A stretch of 64,000 nt of DNA. Origin: the human T2T-CHM13v2.0 reference genome, Homo sapiens. Position 1 is the first letter of the stretch, and each line of letters begins with the position of its first letter. The notes under the pieces were generated by a model. It saw only the letters and a list, made by a program, of their open reading frames with translations, did not search any database and was not told the DNA's origin. Below, one piece after another: positions 1 to 12,765 of the stretch. The DNA lies in assembly GCF_009914755.1 (NCBI RefSeq), contig NC_060937.1; one strand, given 5' to 3'. The position numbers and the translations under genes were made by a program.

Positions 1-1079
1 AAAATTATTGGCACTTCTTGGTTTAAAAAAGTTAGATTAAATTTTACATAATAGCAAGAAATATTATCTTAATGAAACCTTTTCTATTATGAGCTAGAAA
101 TATAGTGATTCTGAATATTCAACTGTACTTAATGCTAATATCTAAAATCATTTTCTGAATATTAAACCAGTTATTTTCTGAGGGGAGTAGTAGACTGTTA
201 TACTGAAAAACAAAGTCTGTATTCTATCATTCTAGCAAAAGCAAGCAATCATAAATATAATTTTCTATGAGCATAATAGAAGTGATTGTTTATGAATATA
301 TTTGGATTATTTTATCTCATTTAGCTATTGATTAAATCTTCATTTACATGATATTTTTTGCTATGTGAAACTGACTTTATATACTATAAATCTATATATC
401 TATATCTAGAATAAAACATTAAACAAATAAATGAAAGAGATGACATTTAAAAGGATTCTTCTGAACCTATTAAATCCATGAGAGAAACTGCTTATCAATG
501 CTTCCTTTACAGACCATAGTTGAAAGTATAATGAAAAGCAGGTAACAAATATTCTTCTAGTTCTGCTGTTAGAACAAAATACTGAGTACAATTCTACTGT
601 GACACATTAAATATATGGAACTTGTATAATTTTAGATAAGTTAGTCAAGATCTATTCTGGTAATTACATTATATTAACCAAAATTGCCCATCTATTTATC
701 TCGGTTCTCTTTATTGTGTTACAGAAAATTAACTAAATAAAAAGGTTAATTCACTGCTTCCAAAAGGATAAACCAATGTTTGAAAACTTGAACCATGAAG
801 AAAAATACATATTTGGACAAATGATAAATAAATTTATATAGGGACTATAAAATTTATGTATAAGATACATTTATCAAATATTTCTATCTGTGGAATTTTA
901 TTTATAAAAATTCCAAACCAATATGTTTTAGGCAAAGCTTATTGAACAATCGCAAATATTTATTTCATATTATTTGTGTTTAATTCCTGAGAGAAATATA
1001 AAAAGATATATTTTTTTTCCTTTTAAGGTATGAATTCTGTAGTTTAGGTAAGGCATACTACAGCAACTATCAGCAAGGA

Positions 1080-1270
1080 TTTTAGAGTTAGGCCGAGGAA
1101 GATTCAAGCCTTGGGAAAGTAAACTAAGTGATCTGAACTTTTGTTTTCTCATCTATAAAGTGAGGATAATAACCATGACTAATTTACAGTGTTATGAAAA
1201 GTGAAATGATTAGCACAATGCCTAATATTTAACAACAGTTTAAACAATGTTTTATATTATATTATATTAT
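1080..1270 (+). mobile_element. MIR SINE relic
   Basis: Degenerate MIR core (ccttgggaaagtaaactaa...ttttctcatctataaagtgaggataataa...ttagcacaatgcct...attattatt); boundaries approximate. Confidence 0.6.
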
Positions 1271-2774
1271 TTTTGTTAGCAACACTGGATAGTATTTGAT
1301 CCAAAGCAATTAAATTTAACATAATAGAGCAATTTTTTTCATAAGACTCAAAGAAGACCATCAAATGTTGATGATTTTGCTGTGTATTAAGATAAAGCCA
1401 GCTGAAGAGTCCCTTGGAAATACTATTTTACATTCAACACAAATATTTGCAGTGATAGTGATTATGATTACTTGGCCTAGGAGTGAAACCACTAATGGCT
1501 ATTAATTTGGAAAGAAAATGAAACATTTTTGGATAATCATTCTCTTTATCCATTGTAGTTCCTTGATCCTACTCTGTGCATCTGCGTGACAGACGATAAA
1601 GAAAAAAAATGTTGAAATGTGTCAGAGAAAATATAATTTTTAAAAATAAACATCCAAAGATCACACTGGTTCAGGAAGGAACAGACGGATGATAGAGGTC
1701 TAAGAATAACATAATCTGACTTTTCAGGAAAATTATGTGTAGAGCCTTTTTTTTCTTTTTGTAAGAAAAAGAGTTTTTCAACTTATTCAATTGATTACTG
1801 TCTTGAAAATAGAACTATATAAGCTCCACCATTCTACTTATGAAGACAAGATGTTTATAGTTACTGTGGCATCATCAAATGGCATTGTCAGTCAAAGTCA
1901 ACACAATTGACTTACAGATCATTGCTCTCTATGGGCTCTATGAAATGATAAAACGAAGACTAAGGGGTTTAGTAGTGTTGAGGTTATGAACCTACGTACA
2001 GTAGCAAAGATAGAAACGCTTCTCCAACCTTTGTATTTATGAACCAAGTGGAGATGTTGCTAAATGCAGTAAATCTGTTTTGTAATGTGAAATCCCACAT
2101 TTTTCACAAGTTCTCAGGTCGTGTGGATCCTGCAGGCTTGTGAACCAATATTCTGATTAGCAAGGTCTTAGGACACACCATCAAGATGTGGAACCAGATT
2201 ACTGGGGGCTCAGTACTCTTGCTTAATTCAAATCCTTAACATAAGCATATGTCATTTTATTCACATTATTTCTTAATATAATCTATACATCTTTTTAGTT
2301 TTTATATTTATTGATTTGAAACAAATAAAAAATGTGGCCTACATTTTTTGATATCCTAGAAAATTCTTGCTAAAAGTCATGATACATGAACCTGGCAAAT
2401 CACCAAGCACCTTAGGCGAGTGTATTTTGAATTTAAAGATACATGTAGTTGCCCAAAAACATTTTTTGTAATGAGCAGAACATTAACATGATAAAGTTAC
2501 TTGCTGCATTTTTAAGTAATTCAAAGACATGTTTCCACTCTATTTTAAGAAAAATCTGTGGTGTGTTTCAAATCCTAGTAATTGACATAGTTTAGAAGAC
2601 TCAATGATATAGCCAAGCTGGAATTTGTGGAAGGACTATGAAAATATGCAGTTATGTTCCAGAAGAGGCTGGAGTTAATCTGTATAACGAATGCTTGGAC
2701 ATAGTCACCAGCCATTTCAGTTCTAGGACTTCTCCAAAGAGGAAATTGCCAGTGAGATTGTTTAGGCATGATTT

Positions 2775-2900
2775 TTCTTATTTTAGAATGAGGAAGTCTA
2801 GGCTTAAAGAGATTAATCATTTGTCCAAGTTTCCAAATATAGCAAGAAAAATGTCAGGATTCAAATTCAAGTTGGGTGATTCTAATTGCCTATTCTTTTA
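2775..2900 (-). mobile_element. MIR SINE relic
   Basis: Antisense MIR core: ttttagaatgaggaagtctaggcttaaagagattaatcatttgtccaag...ggattcaaattcaag. Confidence 0.6.
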
Positions 2901-2912
2901 ACAAATGCATCT

Positions 2913-3409
2913 TGTTGCAGGACAGGTGAGCCCCAGAATTGGAGCTTAGCCCAGGAGGGTTCTTGGCAGCACCCAGGAAAGAATTCAAGAGTGAGCCAGT
3001 GGTGTTAGCAATCTTTCATTGGATGGTACTGCTCCTTGCAGAACAGAGCTAATTCACGGGCAGTGTACACAGAGTAGGCAATGTATGGGTTGGCAACTGT
3101 ATGTGTACTTACATAAACTCACTTTCCGTTTCATGCAAATTAAGGGGTGGATCAATGCAAATTGAGGGGTGGGTTATTCAGACCTTTCTAGGAAAAGGTT
3201 GTTAAGTTCTGGGTCGTTGGCATGGCATTTATAAACTGTCATAGTGCTGATGGGAGTGTCTTCTGCTAATGAGCAATGAGGGCAAATAGGGATCTCTTTT
3301 GTTGCCATCTGCTGGTTCCTGACTATTTTTGCTTTATTCAGTCTGGACCAGATCCTGTTTTAGTCAGCAGGGTTGTGACTAGAAAATAAGTCCTGCCAGT
3401 CTCCCACCT
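2913..3409 (-). mobile_element. ERV1-class solo LTR (MER66/MER4-group-like; subfamily tentative)
   Basis: Starts tgttgcaggacaggtgagccccagaattggagcttagcccaggagggttcttgg...aggaaagaattcaag, which matches my recall of the antisense MER4-group LTR end; GC-richer 0.5-kb island. Confidence 0.7.
3303..3315 (-). promoter_or_regulatory. CTCF core motif (CCAGCAGATGGCA on - strand) inside the LTR
   Basis: + strand reads tgccatctgctgg, a close match to the CTCF core; motif only, no binding data. Confidence 0.4.
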
Positions 3410-4925
3410 TTTGAGGTTATTTGAAGGACTTCTCCTGATGCACTAATGCATTCAATTAGACATTTGTAGCAACCAGTCTGATTTCTGTGAGAAATTTGTG
3501 ATTAAGGTTTGTGTTTAAGTATATTTCCTAAAGTTCTATCTCCTGACACAACTCTTCTGTAAATTTTTGAACACTTGGATAACATATTTTAATCTTTGCC
3601 AATGTCTCTCAACATTATAGCACTTTTTAATTATATCCTACATAAAATCTTTGTTAATTTGATACTAGTAAGTAAATATTTGTTTCAAAGTTTGTTCTCA
3701 CAAACAATAAATAAAAATATATATGTTCCTGAAATATTGGTCTTGCATTACTATCTATAATAGACAAATATTGACAGAGAAAACTGTTAATTTCTAAGTG
3801 CAATTTTAAAATAAATCTGTTTTCTTATCTTTTATAATACATTAGAACATTTTTGGAGCTTTTAAAGAAAAATATTATTTTCTAAGATAAATATTTATAC
3901 AATACATATTTATGAAATACATATTCAAAGTAACATAATATTTTTAAAATTTCTCATTTTATGTCATCTTTACAATAACAGAATCAAAAATATAAAGATT
4001 AAAATTTTACCTGTTTATCAATGTTAATAATGATGGAGTCCTCTCCTCATTTTCATTACAAAGAGACTTACCCAGTGAAAAAGAAACTATGCAGAAATGC
4101 AATATTATTCTACTTGTTTTTTCATTTATCCAGGAGAAATTTTATTCAAAGATCTCATTCTCTGATGTGGAAAACAAGAATATAATAGTCATTTCCACAC
4201 GTATCTGACCCAGAGAATTAGAGAGTCAATCTTTACTGTGCAGTCAGGATAAGAAAAAAAAAAATGTAGTCATCAGCAAAGTCAAAAATATTCAGAGAAA
4301 CCCATTTTTACATAATAATTGGAGTCACGACCTTAGCATAGAATAAGGGCAAAATATATTGACTTTCATCCATGGAAAATTTGGACTTCTAATACAGAAT
4401 ATTTTTAAATGTCGGCTATTTTTAAATGCCTGCTTTACACTTGCAGTGGCATTAACCCTGCTAGAAGTGTTCCTTAATGCAGTCTAATTGACAGTCTGAA
4501 TATGAGGCCGAGCCACCTCAGCAGCCCTTATGCTAACCACCCAGGCTGTGGTCCCTGAACAGAGAACAGTTGATGGTTTCAATTATACTGGGGTCATAGT
4601 ATCATTGGCCTGATACTTTTCAAATGGTCAGAATTATGTTTCCAAAGGTTCATTACTATGATTTTATGGGGGATGTCATCACTTACAAATGAAAGTAACA
4701 CAAGAAAGTGCTTAGTCTTCTTAGGAAGCTAAAAAATCTTCTCTAGAAAAATGAAAAATTTGTACAGCTTCTAACATTTAGGAGAAAAGGAATTACACAA
4801 GTTATTATCTTGTATTTGAGGCAGTCTACATACAATTATATCTGACACAAAAGTTATGTTTTAGCAGAAGTACATTCATTTTTATTGTATCCATCATACT
4901 TATATATTTGTTACAAATAAAAATA

Positions 4926-5212
4926 CAGTTATCCTTCTATATCTGCCAGGGATTGGTTCTAGGACCAAATCTGAGCATGCTCAAGTCCCTTACATAAAAT
5001 AGAATAGTGTTTGCACATAATCTATGGACATCTTTAAATCATTTCTAGGTTACTTATAATATCTAATACAATGTAAATGCTTTGTAAGTTGTTATACTAT
5101 ATTTTTATTTGTATATTTTAGTTGTAGTTTTTTTTAAAAAAATTTTGCTAATATTTTTGATCTGCAGTAGGTTGAGCCTGCAGATGGATCCTGTGGATAC
5201 TGAAAGCTGACT
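4926..5212 (+). mobile_element. MER2 (Tigger/TcMar non-autonomous DNA transposon)
   Basis: ta|cagttatccttc...gggattggttctaggacc...atgctcaagtcccttacataaaat...ggatactgaaagctgact; degenerate terminal inverted repeats and a TA left flank. Confidence 0.85.
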
Positions 5213-5587
5213 AACTTTTAAGAAGCAAGTCAGTTTTTAAAACGGTGGGTAAATCAACAAAAACACTTTAACACTTCCTGTATTATTGTATATGGAAAAA
5301 TTAAGTCTCAAAATTATAAATTAAAAATAGATTCAAACATATATGAGAAATATTTTCAGATGACCACCATATTCTCTTTATAATCCAGTCTGTATACTCT
5401 ATTGTATTGCTTTTCTACTTTTTATTACATGTTGTAGGTTTTCTTTGTTACTGTTGACAGATAGAAAGGGAATTCTCCAGTTTGTGTTTGAACAGGGGGG
5501 CAAATATTTTGTTTATAAAATGAATTCTTCCTTATAAAACATATTTAGCTTCTATTTGAAGAAACATATATTACAGTCTAAATTTAG

Positions 5588-5602
5588 AGTGCCATCTAGT
5601 GA
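5588..5602 (-). promoter_or_regulatory. CTCF-like motif
   Basis: agtgccatctagtga matches the reverse CTCF core TGCCATCTAGTGG except at the last base. Confidence 0.3.
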
Positions 5603-7928
5603 TGAATTAAATACACTTAATTTCAAATTCAAGAAGTATTAATGTTTAAATAATGAAAACTTCAATGTAGTTTTTTTGTTAACATGGAAAAATGACAGAA
5701 TGATCATCATGCATTTAGTATACAGTTAACATGATGATTTAGTGAATTTTATTTATATCATCAACTTGAAAAGACTTGTCCAAATTCAAAAAGATTTAAA
5801 ACTTACGCAACATGTCTAAACTTAGTAACAATGAAATTGTTTGCATGTAGATTAGGAATCAATTAAGACGCCTTGATGTTTGCATTAAAGTACTCAAAGT
5901 TCATTCACAGTAACTGACCATATTTAGGATCTTCTTGGTGTTTACTAGCTACCCAACAAATGCTGGTTGATGGATTAAATTAGATAATAAGTAAAGAATA
6001 AATGTTTCAAAATGTAAATATAAAATAGTAACAACAAGAGTATTAAAAACCGAACTCCCATTTTTATAGAATTTGCCAGCTTTGAAAAGTGCTCAAAGCT
6101 CATGTTTGAATGATTAAATGGTTTTCCCTAGGCTTAAAATATACATTAAATTTTATAAATTAAATATAATAATTTACGAAAAGGGAAGCAAGGAAAATTT
6201 AAAAAGGGATGACAACAGGATGAAAAGGAAGAAAGAGGGGCATGAAAACAAAAGAAAGATCAAGGAAGAGAGAACAGGAAAAGGCAAGGAGGAAAAGACA
6301 ATCTTACTGTTGATCTGCATTTCTTCCGGATGTTATAACACATATTAATCCATTTATGTCTATATGACAAAGCTCATTCCAATATGAGGGCAGCTGAGAT
6401 TTAGTCAGGTAATATCAACTTCTATGTTTCAAAATCTAATTTTTCTAATTAATTGTATTCTTTGCATATAAGGGTTAAATAACACTCATTCTAAAAATTT
6501 GTAACATAAATGTTTTTACAAAGTGTTTGTACCAATGTTTTGCAAAATTTATTGATTCAGAGGTCTAGATTTGGGTTCACAAGATCTGCATTCTACATCT
6601 AATTTCATTATTTACTTTTTATATGATTTTTGGCAAATTACTAAAGCATTTGGGAAAAAAATAATAAAGGTGATTGTTTTCAATGAACTTCAGATATAGT
6701 TGACTATATTAAGTCAGTAGTTAAGCCCATTTGCTCTGGTCTAGACGACCTCCTGTTGTTTCATTCTAATATTTGTTTAGGGAGAAACAAATCAACTTTT
6801 TTTGCTATAGATCAAAAAGAATGAACTAAACAAGAAAAAATTTTACATGAATTACATGGGAAAGTCAAGACTGATTCTCCTTTAAGCGACAGAATCTTTC
6901 AGTAATTAGTATATTTCCTTTAAAATTATTCAAGTTATGATGTGGAGAAAGATGCAGGTTTCAGAAGATGTCATAGGTCTCAGGAACTCTTGTGTTCCTT
7001 TAATCCTGACCGATCACCGCATCTGAAATCACCACTTAGATTTTAGGATTTTAGAGCTCTCCAATTATGCGTATTTATGGACTATGTCCAATGCAAGAAG
7101 GCATTTTTCATAATCAATCAATTTTTTGTTTTAGAAAATAACATGGGATTTACTTTATATCCAAACAAAAGAATACACTTCACTTTTTATTTTTAAATAG
7201 TTCCCATTATCTGACCAAGTTTCTGAAATAATAATATAGTTGATGCTTTCGGGGCAATTTCTTGAAGGGTACTGATATAATATCTATTATATGACAGAAA
7301 AATAGCTTCAGCTTCGATCAAGCCAAATAGCTTTGTCCTAATTTAGTATCAGCCTCACCGTGATGATATTTCTGTGGAGATTTGCCAATAACCTACTGTT
7401 ATCATAGGAAGTGACTTTGGCTCAGGCATTTAGTCAGTGAGCGAGTCACAGGGGACATACCAAAATGAGCATGGCAGTTGCTCCCTTCAAGGGTATGGAG
7501 AATTTTCTGTAGCATATCACTTTGTTCTTACCACATTGAGAAAAGAAAAAAATGAAGGTCATGCTAAATATGTTTTGTCTTAGAATGCAGCATTTTCAAT
7601 AAATGAATTAGGGGAAACTTTGTGCTTGTCAGTAAAAGTTTGCCTTGAGCAAATTGTATTCCCTAGGAGTAGTTGATATTTGTTGTTTTTCGGTGCCCGT
7701 TTCTAATTCTAGGTTTTGTTGTTTTTTTTCCCAGAGAATCACTGCTTTTCAATTTCTGTAAACTTGATAGAGTTGTAAATCTAGGTGCCTGTTCTCACAG
7801 GGTAGAATCTTAAGGGTGTCCCTAGAGTATCCCTCTGTTACATTAATTTTTCCAACCCTTTCATCTGCTCCCAGACCATAATTAATACATAGGGATTCAG
7901 ATGACCTAGCTGGAGATTTTTAATTGAA

Positions 7929-7976
7929 ATATATATATATATATATATATTCCATTTTGTACACCATATATATATG

Positions 7977-8022
<46 letters not shown>

Positions 8023-8030
8023 CATATATA
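7929..8030. repeat. Compound (AT)n/(CA)n microsatellite
   Basis: (AT)11 at 7929-7950, then TA-rich sequence, about (AC)13 at 7982-8007, then more (TA)n. Confidence 0.95.
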
Positions 8031-8144
8031 TGGTATACAAATTGATTTTTGATATATGGATACATTGTGGAATGGGTACAAATCTTAAACTTTTGCAGCA
8101 TAACCAAGAACAAAAGAAAGGAAATGGCTTTGAGTTAATGCTTC

Positions 8145-9507
8145 TGTCAACTAAAAATAAAATCTTAAACCCCCCATCCCCACTGACTGCATGGTTGCCC
8201 CCTCAGCCAGGGGAATCCCAGAAATGACTTAGAAACTTAGTTCCCAGCCATGACAAGGCAGGAGGTCAGACATACCTTGTTATAATCCCCTCTCTTTTAT
8301 GGTTTCAGTACAACATCTGACCAGCATTAATGATAAAATAGAGATCGTAAGACTGACAGAATAGGCTCTTTGTGGCAATAAGATATCAAATTTTAAACAA
8401 GACTTAAGGCCATGCCAGGCAAGAGTTCAGTTACACATCCCTAGACTTAAACTACAAAAAATAAACTATGTTCTAATGGCCACAAGGTTTTTCTTTCTCT
8501 CTAGCAACTAAACAAGTACTGTCTTCAAGATAAACAATATTAAAATAATCACAACTCATCCAGCTCACAGAAGCTGACTACCTGAACCCTTGATCTACTA
8601 GCCATAACTACAGCTTTAATTGGACAAGTGACTAAATTCAGTAACTTTCTCCTAGTAAGAAGACCACCAACCACGGACTGCTCCTGGCCAGTTTATGGAG
8701 ATTACACACTTGTGTAACTTCATGTCCTGAAAAGACCTTTGAATACATATGGGGATATTTTTCCCCTCCAAATCTCTTGTTGAAATGTGATCCCCAGTGT
8801 TGGAAATGAGCCCAGTGGGAGGTGTTTGGATCATGGGAGTGGATTCCTCATGAATGACTTGGTGCCTTCGTCAGGTTAATGAGTAAGTTCTCCCTCTATG
8901 AGTGCGTGCAAGATCTGGTTGTTTTCAAGAGCCTGGCACCTCCTCCTCTCTCTCGCTCCCTCTTGCTATGTGACATGTTGGCTCCCCATCTGCCTTTCAC
9001 CACGATTGTAAGCTTCCTGAGGCCTCAAAAAAAGCAAGCAGATGTTGGTGCCATGCTTGTACAGGCTGTGGAAACATAAGCCAAATAAACCTCTTTTCTT
9101 TGTAAATTCCCCAGCCTCAGTTATTCCTTTACAGCAAGGCAAAACTAACACAAGGGCCTAATCATAGTACATTTAAATATTATGTCCCCACCCCAAGGTG
9201 AACATGAATTCTATGTCACATGCATGTTTGTTCAATATGCATGTGTCAGAACCACCTTCATGAATATTCATAGCTGTTCCTGTAACCGGTTGAATATGTA
9301 TGTTTGACCAGCCTGTTCAACATAATTCTCCTACCGCACTCCCTTCTCATTTGAGGTGCCCGTCTCTGGACTTTGGCCAGACAGAGGCTCTATTTCCCAG
9401 CCTGCAGATGGCCACTTTGCAGGCTGTTACCCTTTATAAGAAATAAAGTATCCTTCTCCTTTTCTAAACTTATAGATTACGTGTGTGACTGTGTTTTTAA
9501 GTTTACA
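8145..9507 (+). mobile_element. MER4D-type ERV1 solo LTR, split by an MSTB insertion
   Basis: TG start tgtcaactaaaaataaaatcttaaacccccc; internal ctgaccagcattaatgataaaatagagatcgtaagactgacaga; tail ccctttataagaaataaagt...aagtttaca; the sequence resumes after 9152. Confidence 0.8.
8750..9152 (+). mobile_element. MSTB (ERVL-MaLR) solo LTR nested in the MER4D LTR
   Basis: ggatatttttcccctccaaatctcttgttgaaatgtgatccccagtgttgg...gattgtaagcttcctgaggcc...aataaacctcttttctttgtaaatt...ctaacaca; the first few LTR bases appear lost. Confidence 0.88.
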
Positions 9508-10119
9508 CATTCTAGAAAATAAACCTCAACCGAGCTTTCTGTCTCAAAAGCATTATCATGAATCCTTCTTGCAAATCATATAGTGCTAACATGTTTACAG
9601 CCCATTTTCAAAAAGTTTTCTCCATCTACTTACTCCAGTTGCCTTTGACTGAATTATCTAAAGTCTGCATTTCCTTTTAAAAACTAAGATCTGTAATGGA
9701 TATACTGATATGTATTATTCATTCTGCTGATGATTAAATCATGCCTGGCAAATAGGAAAATTCATTTTTTAGGCAAAATGAACTTAAGTCTCCAAATGAC
9801 CCTCTCCCCTTTTTGTGAGTTGGTATGGAAAGTAAATCAATTAGATTCCGTGTAAGTTAAAATTTCTTGTCTGATAGACCTATGGAAAGCGGATCCATTG
9901 AGCAGAAGGAGATGCTTTTGCTGAATGGGAACAAGGGTTAGGGAGACCCATGAGGATTCAGACTAGGGAATGATGTATTAAACTTCACCTTTAATCAGAA
10001 GATGACTCACAAGAACCCATGGAACCTCACACTAAATAATCTGTGGAGTGTACAGAAGCAGGTCATACAAGTTCTAAGGGAAAAGACTGTGTATAAACAT
10101 GAAAGCCATTTTCAGAGGC

Positions 10120-10520
10120 ATAGTATTAAGAATTGACTGCCAAATATTTCTGATTCCCACACTCCAGAAACGTGATATGATTATATTCCCTGGCCCCTTT
10201 ACAGTTGATGGAGACCTGCAATTAAAACATGGAGGGTGAGCAAAATAGATCAGTGCCATTTCTAGGCCACAATATTAAAGTGACAATGCAAGACCTTCTA
10301 GAACATTCTTTGCCCCTCACATAGTAACACCAAAGCTAGAACGATGGCTATTCTGTCTTCATGGATCCCTCAGGAACTATGTTGAGCAGTCATTACTGAC
10401 ACTCGATGAAGGAATTGTAACCTGGGTGAGAAGTAAGCTTTTGTTGTTTTGACTGCTGAGATTTGGGGATTGACATTTCAATATAAATCATAGTAGCATA
10501 ACATAGAATACCCTAATATA
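10120..10520 (+). mobile_element. Old MLT1 (MLT1I/J-like) MaLR LTR
   Basis: 3' signature gagaagtaagcttttgttgttttgactgctgagatttgggga...agcataacatag...cctaatata; 5' boundary uncertain. Confidence 0.55.
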
Positions 10521-10526
10521 AGCAGC

Positions 10527-11550
10527 TGTAGTTACCATTAACATATCACAGGCTCAGCTGACTTGGGGAGAAAGAACTCAGCTGTCAGCCGTCAATTTAA
10601 GAAACAAACTACAATGAAAGCAATGGTCAAGGCTTTAATCAGTTACTATGATGTTACAAGCAAGAGGCTAAACTGGAGAAAGCTCCAACTCCACCTATTT
10701 CATTTTCCCACATGGAATGTTGCACCGACTGAGGATGAGAGAAATCTACACAGACAGAGACTAGGGGATTGTCTCACTGGTCAGAGAACCCCAGTAAGAG
10801 GTTCTTTCAGTTTTATGGACCCTGGAGTCATAGGAAATTGTGCGGGAAGGACAGGGAGTGGAAAACTACTTACTGGATACTAAGAGTAAACAAAAGTTTC
10901 AACTTTTTCCCTTCCTGCTCTTATTAGGAAGTCTCAGCAGAGGTGCCTGAGGAAAGCCTCAGTCAAAGGTCCCAGGGAAAGAGATCTCAGAATGAAGGTG
11001 ACTGGTTAGTGATATCTTTTGGCTCCGTGTCCTCACCCAAATCTCATCTGGAATTGTAATCCCCACGTGTGGAGGGAGGGAGGTGATTGGATCATGGCGG
11101 TGGTTTCTCCCATGCTGTTCTCATGATAGTGAGTAAGTTCTCATGAGATTTTGTTGCTTAATAAGTGTGGGGCTCTTCCCCCTTTGGGCTCTCTCTCTCA
11201 CCTGCCACCATGGAAGACGTGCTTCTTCCCCTTCCACCATGGTTGTAAGTTCCCTGAGGCCTACCCAGCCATGTGAAACTATGAGTCAATGAAACCTCTT
11301 TTCTTTATAAATTATCCAGTCTCTATAAATTAGCCAGTCTCAGGCATGTCTTTATAGCAGTGTGAAAACGAACTAATACAGTTAGTAATGCAGATATGCC
11401 TAAGAGCATGACCAGCCACGAAGGCTGAGTACTTGACTGAAACTCCCATCACAGACTGAAGTGCACTGGCTGGGCACTGAGCCTGGTGTAGAGAAGGTAG
11501 CTTTACCCCATGAGGTTTGCCAGGCCTATGATCAGGCCTAAAATATCACA
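10527..11550 (-). mobile_element. ERVL-class LTR (MER54/MER74-like, tentative) interrupted by THE1
   Basis: TG...CA termini (tgtagtt...ggcctaaaatatcaca); ATTAAA poly(A) signal on - strand near 10635; terminus resembles that of the 41591-42199 element. Confidence 0.5.
11010..11380 (+). mobile_element. THE1 (THE1D-like) MaLR solo LTR
   Basis: tgatatcttttggctccgtgtcctcacccaaatctcatctggaattgtaatcccc...gtgaaaacgaactaataca; perfect 5-bp TSD GTTAG at 11005-11009 and 11381-11385. Confidence 0.93.
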
Positions 11551-11581
11551 CAAAAGTGTTTTGGCCAGAAGACAAGACTCC

Positions 11582-11941
11582 TGATAAATCAGTAATCAAG
11601 ACAACATTAGCTTGAGACTCTTTATACTTTGAGTTCCTACAATAACAATCTGAAACCTAAATTAGAAGTATAACAAACAGCCAAGGTTCATCTAATCACA
11701 GGCCAGCCAACTCATCAGACCATGCCCAAATAATGCAGACACCCAGCTGTGGACAACCAGGTGACCTCTGTACTTTGCCTCTGTGTCTGATCCATAAAAG
11801 CCAGCTGTTCACACAGCTGGGTGAAGTTCCATAAACCTTTTCTGGGTCTGAGTTCTGCCTGATTCATGAATTGTACTTTGCTCAAATAAACCCCGCTAAA
11901 TTTAATTTGTCTAAAGTTTATGTTTTGTTTTTTGTTTAACA
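11582..11941 (+). mobile_element. MER57-family ERV1 solo LTR
   Basis: 3' end tgcctgattcatgaattgtactttgctcaaataaaccccgctaaatttaatttgtctaaagttt...tttaaca; near-matching 4-bp flanks ctcc/ctct. Confidence 0.7.
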
Positions 11942-12052
11942 CTCTTCAACATATAATTGCAAGACCAAGAATGTATCTGTTCTGCCACCAGAGGCAGAGA
12001 ATTGGTGGTTAATTTTTTTTTATTAATGGCTAGAGTCCTTTTCAAATGAGTC

Positions 12053-12668
12053 TGTTTCAGTTATCTATGGCTGTGTAACAAATTGCTCCCAAACTGACTG
12101 ACCATTTTGATTTGCTCATAATTCGAGGGTAAAGGATTTGGAAAGGGCTAGGCTGAGCAGTTTGTCTGTGATTCTTTGGTGTCTGTCAGCAGAGTCAGCA
12201 GTGACTGGAAGATGTTGTTCCCTTGTGGCTCCCTTATTCACGTATGTGGTGAATCAATGTTCTTTATTCTCTCTCCCTCCCTTTATCTCTCTCTCCCTCC
12301 CCTACCCCCTGTCTCTCCCCATTCACCCAACACAAAGGTTTGATGGTTTCTTAACTTCTGGGCCTTTCCGTGCAACTAGGGTTTCTCACAACTTAGTGGT
12401 CTTAGAGTAGTTAAATTTTTCACGGTGGCTGGCTCCCAAGAGGCAGGAAGTGGAAGCTGAGAGGTCCATTAAGAACAATACTCAGAACTAGCATGGGGTC
12501 ATTTCTGCCTTTGTTGTTATTCAAAACCAGCCTACAAAGCCCACCTGGTTTTAAGTTTGTGAAAAATTCAACTTCACTTCTTCATAGGGAAGCTGCAAAT
12601 CACTTTGTAGAAGCACATACGGGATGGGAGATGTTATTGTGGTTTTCTTTGGAAAAAAACCTGCCATA
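12053..12668 (-). mobile_element. MLT1 (MLT1G/H-like) MaLR LTR
   Basis: Antisense start tgtttcagttatctatggctgtgtaacaaattgctcccaaact; end ggagatgttattgtggttttctttggaaaaaaacctgccata. Confidence 0.75.
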
Positions 12669-12765
12669 TATCCCATGTTGGTGAGTTTAGATAGACTGGA
12701 ATACTAACAAGCTTAAAGAAAATCTGTCACAAGTTATTTATAGGTCCTAAGAGTAAAGAATATAC

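Noticed and set aside
11983-11999. gccaccagaggcaga as a CTCF site
   Set aside because: It is one base short in the core relative to CCACCAGRGGGC.
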